Origin: an uncultured Micrococcales bacterium
GTDB taxonomy: Bacteria > Actinomycetota > Actinomycetes > Actinomycetales > Microbacteriaceae
Direction: 5' to 3'
Assembly: GCA_903824455.1 (NCBI GenBank)
Contig: CAIJWY010000057.1
Coordinates: forward strand, 1-33,087
Length of the DNA: 33,087 nucleotides
Of this stretch, positions 26,837 through 33,087 are shown piece by piece. Under the pieces are notes generated by a model. That model was not told the DNA's origin and searched no databases. It saw only the letters and a program-made list of their open reading frames with translations. Within the stretch, counting starts at the first letter, position 1; every line of letters begins with the position of its first letter. The translations under genes were made by a program, and so were the position numbers.

Positions 26837-28005
26837 TAGTTCGGGTTGTTTAGTCCGTCGACTACCAGCGCAGCAAGTTCGCGGGCAGCTTCTCGGGTGT
26901 GGGGCTTTAGCTGGCTGAACTTGATAACCGAACCGGCCGCCAAAGCTGGGTCGTAAGGAATGCGAACGACTTCGCGAACTCGAGTCTTGAAGTGCTGTTC
27001 GATTTCATCAATCTTCACTAGGTTGGTGGCCTGAGTGGCGGTATTCAGGGCAACGATTGAGTTTCTAACCAAGTCTCCGTAGCCATTGGCTTCCAACCAG
27101 GTGAGGGTTTCTGAAGCCAAACGAGCCTCATCCACTGAACCGCCTGAAACAATAACTAAACCGCTGGCGCGCTGCAGGGTCGGGCGCATAACCGAGTGCA
27201 CGATACCGGTACCACAGTCGGTTAGAACTACTGAATAGTAGCGAGCCGCCATGTCGGCTACCACGTTGTAATCGCCTTCGTCGAATGCTTCGGAAAGCAT
27301 CGGGTCGGAGTCTGAGGCTAATACGTCTAATCGGGTCGCGTCTCTGGAAACCATGGTAGAAAATTCGGTGAAACCGTCGATTGCCGCGGCACGATTCACA
27401 ACATCGCGAACAGTGAATCTAGTTGACTTACTAACTCGCTCGGCAAGGGTTCCTCGGTCAGGGTTGGCATCGATTGCGATAACTCGGTCTTCACGAGCGA
27501 GCGATAGAGCCATACCGAGCAGGGTGGTAACAGTGGTTTTTCCTACCCCGCCCTTGCGGGTGAGCACAGGAACGAATTTGGCGCCACCTTCGAATACCGC
27601 TCCGATTCGAGCGTCGAGGGCCTTACGTTCGCGAACTTTACGCGAGTCTCCGAGGTTGATGGTTTTGAGCGAAATTAGATACAGGAAGCGGCGAAATCCA
27701 GCTTCTGGAGATGGGCGATTTCGAGGTCCGACATCGATTAGACGATCGGCGGTGAGCATTGCTGCCGGCTCTGGCTGGTCGAATCGATCTCCGCGCAACT
27801 GATCGCGACGCGTGTAATTACTTCGACGAGTAATCGGGCTGGTATCGATGCCCGGTTCGCGTGTTGCCGAAACCTCGGGAACAATTTCGATAGCTGCAGT
27901 GCTCGGGGCTAGGTCTACGCTGGCAACATCAACAGCGGCTTCAGCGAGTGAGTGAGTTTTCTCCTCGGACTGAGCCTTGTTTTTCTTTTTGTCGCCAAAA
28001 GCCAC
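26836..28005 (-). CDS. MinD/ParA-family ATPase with a low-complexity N-terminal extension
   Basis: Deviant Walker A RKGGVGKTT, DANPDRG, TDCGTG and IPYDP. Start reassigned to GTG 28005 (AGGAG 5 nt upstream). Confidence 0.88.
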   Translation of the reverse strand: MAFGDKKKNKAQSEEKTHSLAEAAVDVASVDLAPSTAAIEIVPEVSATREPGIDTSPITRRSNYTRRDQLRGDRFDQPEPAAMLTADRLIDVGPRNRPSPEAGFRRFLYLISLKTINLGDSRKVRERKALDARIGAVFEGGAKFVPVLTRKGGVGKTTVTTLLGMALSLAREDRVIAIDANPDRGTLAERVSKSTRFTVRDVVNRAAAIDGFTEFSTMVSRDATRLDVLASDSDPMLSEAFDEGDYNVVADMAARYYSVVLTDCGTGIVHSVMRPTLQRASGLVIVSGGSVDEARLASETLTWLEANGYGDLVRNSIVALNTATQATNLVKIDEIEQHFKTRVREVVRIPYDPALAAGSVIKFSQLKPHTREAARELAALVVDGLNNPN

Positions 28006-28056
28006 GACCACTCCTATCTCTAAAACCGAACCCTAAGTCTACCTTTTGAGGCAGAA

Positions 28057-31000
28057 CTATTCGTTTTCAACAACAAGAATAAGGTCTCCGGCGTCTACCG
28101 CCTTGGTTTTTGAAATCGCAATTCTTCTCACAACGCCGGCCGATGTGGCCGTGATAGTGGCCTCCATCTTCATGGCTTCGATAATTGCCACGGGCTGGCC
28201 GACCTCCACATGCACGCCTTCAACCACGGTTACGGTGACAGCTCCGGAGAACGGCGCCGCGATGTGTCCTAGGTTACTCGGGTCAGCTTTTTCAGACTGA
28301 GGAATGTCGACCGAGATCTTTTTGTCGCGAATATCAATCGGTCGCAATTGCCCGTTCAGAGTTGCCATTACCGTTCGGTTGCCCTTGGTATCTGGAGATC
28401 CAATTGCTTCTAGGCCAACGAAAAGTTGAACACCCTTGGCGATCTCGACCACGTGTTCGTGCCCCTGTTCCAAACCGTAAAGGTAGTCAACTGTGTCAAC
28501 CTGGTCGAGGTTTCCATAAGTGGCAAGGTTCGTGAGATATTCCTTCGTTGGTGCAGGGAAAAGTAGCCGGTTTAGCGCGGCGCGACGATTCTCAGAGTTT
28601 TCACCCATGAGAATTGCCAAGTCTTCCGCGCTTAGCGGGGTAACCCCAAACTTCAAGTTCTTGCCAGCCAACACCTTGGTTCTAAATGGTTCTGGCCACC
28701 CACCTGGAAGGTCGCCAAGCTCACCGGCCATAAAACCAACCACCGAGTCTGGCACGTCATAGTTTTGCGGATTCTCGGCAAAGTCTTTGGGGTCGGCATT
28801 AGCCGCCACCAGGTGCAGCGCCAAATCGCCAACCACCTTTGATGAAGGGGTGACCTTGGTTGGGCGTCCGAGTATCTCGTTCGCTGCCGCATACATGTCT
28901 TCGACCCGCTCAAACTGATCTCCCAAGCCCAGCGAGATTGCCTGCTGGCGAAGGTTTGAGAGTTGACCGCCGGGAATCTCGTGCTTGTAGACCCGCCCGG
29001 TAGGACCGGCCAAGCCAGATTCGAATGGGGAGTAAACGCGACGAACCGCCTCCCAATAGGGTTCCAACGCGGTGATGGCGTCGAGCGTGATACCGCTGTC
29101 GCGCTCGGTATCTGCTAGCGCCGCAACCAAAGCCGATGCCGACGGCTGGCTCGTGGTTCCTGCCATCGGCGCCGAGGCCACATCCACCGCGTCGACTCCA
29201 GCGTCGATAGCTGCCATAAGCGTTGCCAACTGGCCGCCTGCGGTGTCGTGGGTGTGAAGATGCACTGGAAGGTCGAATCGGTCGCGAAGCGCCTTGACCA
29301 GCTTGCTGGCGGCGGCTGGGCGAAGCAAACCGGCCATGTCTTTGATGGCAAGTATGTGGGCTCCAGCGGCAACGATTTTGTCGGCTAATGCCAGGTAATA
29401 GTCGAGGGTGTAAAGATCTTCCTTCGGATCGAGCAGGTTACCCGAGTAGCACAGACCAACCTCGGCGATAGCCGTCTTGGTCTTGAGCACCGCTTCGATG
29501 GCAGGCTTCATTTGTTCCACGTCGTTCAGTGCGTCGAAGATTCGGAAAATGTCGATTCCGCTGGAAGCAGCCTCGGCAACAAATGCCTCGGTTACCTCGG
29601 TTGGATAAGGCGTGTAACCAACGGTGTTGCGTCCACGAAGCAGCATTTGAATACAAATATTTGGCATGGCTGCTCGCAGCGCAACCAACCGATGCCATGG
29701 GTCTTCGCCCAGAAAACGCAGGGCCACGTCGTAGGTGGCTCCGCCCCAGGCTTCAACCGAAAACAGTTCTGGAGTGATTCGAGCCACATAAGGGGCAACC
29801 TGAACCAGGTCTCGGCCGCGCACCCGCGTTGCCAGGAGTGACTGGTGTGCGTCACGGAATGTGGTGTCGGTGATTGCGACCTTTGATTGGTCGCGCAAGG
29901 ACTTCGCAAAAGCCTTCGGTCCGAGTTCTTGCAAAAGCTGTCTGGAGCCGGCCGGAGCCGCCTTCTGCAAATCGATCTTTGGAAGTTTGAGAGCCGGCGA
30001 TACCCGCCCATTTCGGGGGCCGTAAGGCTGGTTGACCGTAACATCTGCCAACCAGGTCAGAATCTTGGTTCCACGGTCCTGTGAAGGTCTGGCCGTGAAC
30101 AATTCCGGACGCTCGTCGATAAACGCGGTCGATAAATCACCGCTAGCGAAGGTTTGGTCTGCCAAAACCGCTTGCATAAAGGCGATGTTGGTGGAAACGC
30201 CACGAATTCTAAACTCCGCGAGCGCTCGCTCAGCTCGAAGCACAGCTGAGTGGAAGTCCCGTCCTCTGGCAATTAGCTTCACCAGAAGTGAATCGAAGTG
30301 CGGGCTTACCTCGCTACCGGCTGAAATGGTTCCGCCGTCGAGGCGAATACCGGCTCCACCGGGTGAGCGATAGGTGGTTATCTTGCCGGAGTCTGGTTTG
30401 AAGCCCAACGCCGGGTTCTCGGTGGTGATTCGGCACTGAACTGCGAAACCGTGCATGGTGATCTGGTCTTGGGTAAGACCTAGGTCAATCAGGCTTTCAC
30501 CGGCGGCGATCCTCATCTGCGATTGCACCAGGTCGATGTCGGTGATTTCTTCGGTTACCGTGTGCTCTACCTGGATCCTGGGGTTCATCTCGATAAAGAC
30601 GTGTTTACCCGCGTTCTCACCAACCGTGTCAATCAAGAACTCAACGGTTCCCGCGTTTCGGTAGCCAATTTTGGTCGCAAAGGCAACCGCGTCTCGGTAA
30701 AGCTCTTCACGAAGTTCCTGAGTGATGTGTGGCGCTGGTGCAATCTCGACAACCTTTTGATTGCGGCGTTGAATCGAACAGTCTCGTTCAAACAGGTGAA
30801 CCACATTTCCGTGCTCATCAGCGAGTATCTGCACCTCGATGTGGCGCGGCCTCAATACTGCTTGCTCAAGGAACACTCGAGGGTCACCAAAGGCGCTCTC
30901 TGCCTCGCGGCTAGCCTCTCCCAGTGCCGAAACCAGGTCTTCTCGCTTTTCCACCCGACGCATGCCACGTCCGCCACCGCCGGCCACAGCTTTGACGAAT

Positions 31001-31464
31001 ATTGGGAAGCCGATTTCTTCCGCGGCCCGGGTTAGTTCGCTAACGTCTGCCGACTGGATCGAAGACTTGAGTACCGGAACGCCAGCCGCAATGGCCGCCT
31101 CTTTGGCGTTGACCTTGTTGCCAGCCATTTCCAGGATGTCTGAGGTTGGGCCGATGAATTTGATTCCGTTTGCTGCGGCTGCTTCGGCAAGTTCAGGGTT
31201 TTCCGAAAGAAAGCCGTAGCCAGGATAAATGGCGTCCGCGCCCGATTCCTTGGCAACACGGATAATTTCAGCCACATTTAGGTAGGCGCGAACCGGGTGC
31301 CCCACTGCGCCGATCTGATATGCCTCGTCGGCTTTCAAACGGTGACTAGAGTTTCGATCCTCATAGGAGAAAACAGCAACTGTGCGAGCGCCTAGTTCGT
31401 ATGCCGCTCGAAATGCGCGAATTGCGATTTCTCCCCGGTTTGCGACCAGAATCTTCTTGAACAT
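28057..31464 (-). CDS. pyc: Pyruvate carboxylase
   Basis: Biotin carboxylase domain (ILVANRGEIA, GGGGRG, RDCSIQRR), carboxyltransferase domain (RDAHQS, WGGATYD, IKDMAG, HTH) and biotin site AMKM. Start at ATG 31464 (GAGGT RBS), 1135 aa. Confidence 0.98.
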   Translation of the reverse strand: MFKKILVANRGEIAIRAFRAAYELGARTVAVFSYEDRNSSHRLKADEAYQIGAVGHPVRAYLNVAEIIRVAKESGADAIYPGYGFLSENPELAEAAAANGIKFIGPTSDILEMAGNKVNAKEAAIAAGVPVLKSSIQSADVSELTRAAEEIGFPIFVKAVAGGGGRGMRRVEKREDLVSALGEASREAESAFGDPRVFLEQAVLRPRHIEVQILADEHGNVVHLFERDCSIQRRNQKVVEIAPAPHITQELREELYRDAVAFATKIGYRNAGTVEFLIDTVGENAGKHVFIEMNPRIQVEHTVTEEITDIDLVQSQMRIAAGESLIDLGLTQDQITMHGFAVQCRITTENPALGFKPDSGKITTYRSPGGAGIRLDGGTISAGSEVSPHFDSLLVKLIARGRDFHSAVLRAERALAEFRIRGVSTNIAFMQAVLADQTFASGDLSTAFIDERPELFTARPSQDRGTKILTWLADVTVNQPYGPRNGRVSPALKLPKIDLQKAAPAGSRQLLQELGPKAFAKSLRDQSKVAITDTTFRDAHQSLLATRVRGRDLVQVAPYVARITPELFSVEAWGGATYDVALRFLGEDPWHRLVALRAAMPNICIQMLLRGRNTVGYTPYPTEVTEAFVAEAASSGIDIFRIFDALNDVEQMKPAIEAVLKTKTAIAEVGLCYSGNLLDPKEDLYTLDYYLALADKIVAAGAHILAIKDMAGLLRPAAASKLVKALRDRFDLPVHLHTHDTAGGQLATLMAAIDAGVDAVDVASAPMAGTTSQPSASALVAALADTERDSGITLDAITALEPYWEAVRRVYSPFESGLAGPTGRVYKHEIPGGQLSNLRQQAISLGLGDQFERVEDMYAAANEILGRPTKVTPSSKVVGDLALHLVAANADPKDFAENPQNYDVPDSVVGFMAGELGDLPGGWPEPFRTKVLAGKNLKFGVTPLSAEDLAILMGENSENRRAALNRLLFPAPTKEYLTNLATYGNLDQVDTVDYLYGLEQGHEHVVEIAKGVQLFVGLEAIGSPDTKGNRTVMATLNGQLRPIDIRDKKISVDIPQSEKADPSNLGHIAAPFSGAVTVTVVEGVHVEVGQPVAIIEAMKMEATITATSAGVVRRIAISKTKAVDAGDLILVVENE

Positions 31465-31505
31465 TGCCACCTCGTGGAGTGCGTTTGAGCGAACAAAGGG
31501 TTTAT

Positions 31506-31537
31506 GACACCTTGATTTAGAGAGTAGCCTATTAGAC
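31506..31537 (+). promoter_or_regulatory. Probable leaderless promoter with upstream GACAC motif
   Basis: GACAC at 31506-31510 and TAGCCT at 31525-31530, with the GTG start 7 nt downstream. No SD. Confidence 0.5.
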
Positions 31538-32482
31538 GTGCATGTTCTAAGCGTTAGCTCCCTGAAAGGGGGCGTTGGCAAGACCACGGTTGCCCTAGGG
31601 TTGGCTTCAGCTGCTTTTAATCAGGGCTTACGAACTCTAGTTGTAGACCTTGACCCGCAGTGTGATGCCACCACTGGTTTAGGTGCCATCGGAGAGTTTG
31701 CAGAAACCGTTGCCGACGTTCTTCAAAATCCCCGGCACAACATTGTGCATAGAGCAATCGTATCTAGTCCTTGGAACAAACTGCACTCCGGAAACATAGA
31801 TGTTTTGGTTGGTAGCCCGAAATCTCAGGCTTTAGACTCGCCATCGCCCACCATCAACGAGATTTGGCGCCTCGAGATTGCTCTGGCCAAAATCGAGTCT
31901 GAGTACGATTTAGTGATTATCGATACGCCTCCGTCTGTGAACGGTCTTACTCGGACCGCCTGGGTGGCCAGTGACCGAGTGATTATTGTTTCTGAGCCTT
32001 CGCTGTTCTCGGTGGTAGCTGCCGATCGCACCATGCACGCCCTAGCTGAACTTCGACGAGGATTGACCGATCGCCTGGAAACTCTGGGAATTTTGATCAA
32101 TCGATTCCGCCCGCAGTCAAAAGAGGGTGACTTCCGAGTGAGCGAACTTCGTGAAAAATATGGCGATCGCATTCTCCCGCAGATGGTTGAAGAGCGAACG
32201 GTCTTGCAAACCGCTCAGGGTGCCGGTCGGCCGATCCACGGTTGGCCGGGTGAATCGGCTATCGAGATTGCCGCAGTGTTTGATCGAGTACTTGAGTATG
32301 TGCAGAAATCGCTGGGTCAGTCGACTCCTTCTCGCATCGCTCGCAACAGCCGCAAGGTTCTTCGGCTAAACCGGGTAATGCGCGGTCAGAGCCTGGATGA
32401 GGTTTTGAAGCTGGAAGCCACGGAATCTAAAGACGAGATTTCGGATTTGCTCGGGTTGGACGACGAAACAAAGAAAGACTAG
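31538..32482 (+). CDS. Orphan ParA/Soj-family ATPase
   Basis: LKGGVGKTT, DLDPQ and IIDTPPS motifs. No parB neighbour. Charged C-terminal tail. Confidence 0.92.
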   Translation: MHVLSVSSLKGGVGKTTVALGLASAAFNQGLRTLVVDLDPQCDATTGLGAIGEFAETVADVLQNPRHNIVHRAIVSSPWNKLHSGNIDVLVGSPKSQALDSPSPTINEIWRLEIALAKIESEYDLVIIDTPPSVNGLTRTAWVASDRVIIVSEPSLFSVVAADRTMHALAELRRGLTDRLETLGILINRFRPQSKEGDFRVSELREKYGDRILPQMVEERTVLQTAQGAGRPIHGWPGESAIEIAAVFDRVLEYVQKSLGQSTPSRIARNSRKVLRLNRVMRGQSLDEVLKLEATESKDEISDLLGLDDETKKD

Positions 32483-33027
32483 ATAGCTTTCTTGGCTTGG
32501 CGGCGAGCCGAAAGGTCATCGAGTTCTTCGATCGAACTCGGAACAATGGTTGAAAGTGTTGCTTCAACTTCGCGAAGCACTAACCCGACCGCGATACCGA
32601 AAACTCCCTGACCGCGACCGAGTAAGTCGATAACTTCCTCGTTGCTGTTGCACAGGTAAACCTTGGCACCATCAGACATCAGAGTGGTCTTGGCCAGGTC
32701 ATTGATTCCCGACTTTCGTAATTGGTTGATGGCAATACGAATTTGCTGAAGCGATACGCCGGTGTCAAGTAGTCGCTTGACTAATTTCAAAACAAGGATG
32801 TCGCGGAAAGCGTAAAGTCTCTGAGTTCCAGATCCCGTTGCTCCGCGAACCGATGGCTGAAGTAGCCCGGTGCGGTCCCAGTAGTCGAGCTGGCGGTAAC
32901 TTATTCCAGCAGCGGTAGCAGCCGAAGTTCCTCGGTAGCCGACGCTTGGATCTGTGCTCGGTAGGCCGTCGGTGAAAAGCAGGTCACCGTCAGCGTCATT
33001 GACATCAAATGTGCCTTGATCTGACAT
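32479..33027 (-). CDS. MerR-family regulator, Rv1830/McdR-like
   Basis: GYRG....AAGISYRQLDYWDRT.L..PS...GSGTQRLY.FRDILVLK.VKRLLDTGVSL and GQGVFGIA. Start reassigned to ATG 33027 (AGGAGG RBS). Confidence 0.9.
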   Translation of the reverse strand: MSDQGTFDVNDADGDLLFTDGLPSTDPSVGYRGTSAATAAGISYRQLDYWDRTGLLQPSVRGATGSGTQRLYAFRDILVLKLVKRLLDTGVSLQQIRIAINQLRKSGINDLAKTTLMSDGAKVYLCNSNEEVIDLLGRGQGVFGIAVGLVLREVEATLSTIVPSSIEELDDLSARRQAKKAI

Positions 33028-33039
33028 TTTGGCCTCCTT

Positions 33040-33057
33040 AACCTTCAACTGTAGGTT
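33040..33057. promoter_or_regulatory. AACCT-N8-AGGTT palindrome, candidate MerR-type operator
   Basis: AACCTtcaactgtAGGTT lies directly upstream of the MerR gene RBS and has the same geometry as 3613-3630. Confidence 0.55.
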
Positions 33058-33087
33058 TAATTCTTGTGCCTAATTGGGTAACTGCAA

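Noticed and set aside
31465-31587. 41-aa N-terminal extension of pyc overlapping parA
   Set aside because: The canonical MFKKILVANRGE start with an RBS is at 31464.
33038-33087. Possible 3' end of an upstream gene (…AVTQLGTRIKPTVEG*)
   Set aside because: Only 50 nt are visible, so no frame or product can be assigned.
1-33087. CRISPR arrays, tRNA/rRNA genes, IS elements, prophage or defence genes
   Set aside because: None seen by eye. Nearly all bases belong to housekeeping CDSs and no gap exceeds about 220 bp. An Infernal/Rfam scan and a self dot-plot would confirm this.

Overview
A core-genome segment from a streamlined actinobacterium with roughly 50% GC by eye. The protein styles and gene order suggest Microbacteriaceae, plausibly the freshwater Rhodoluna/Aquiluna group; this taxon call is inference. 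Positions 1-17513 hold a division/cell-wall (dcw) cluster on the minus strand: mraZ-rsmH-ftsL-ftsI-murE-murF-mraY-murD-ftsW-murG-murC-ftsQ-ftsZ-yggS-sepF-divIVA-lspA and the start of an RluA-family gene. The rest is the conserved actinobacterial neighbourhood: DUF3040-like protein, polyprenyl synthase, Rv2175c-like DNA-binding protein, PASTA kinase, class II DAHP synthase, acyltransferase, ROK glucokinase, acyl-CoA ligase, def, a MinD-like ATPase, pyc, an orphan ParA and an Rv1830/McdR-like MerR regulator. I see no mobile element, CRISPR array, RNA gene or clearly novel gene system. The best leads are: (1) a MurE with a non-canonical substrate pocket (DHHPR), suggesting unusual peptidoglycan; (2) a shared 18-bp MerR-type palindrome before ftsZ and before the MerR gene; (3) back-to-back leaderless promoters; (4) two ParB-less ParA/MinD ATPases flanking pyc; (5) absence of yggT from the cluster; and (6) convergent genes with no room for terminators.
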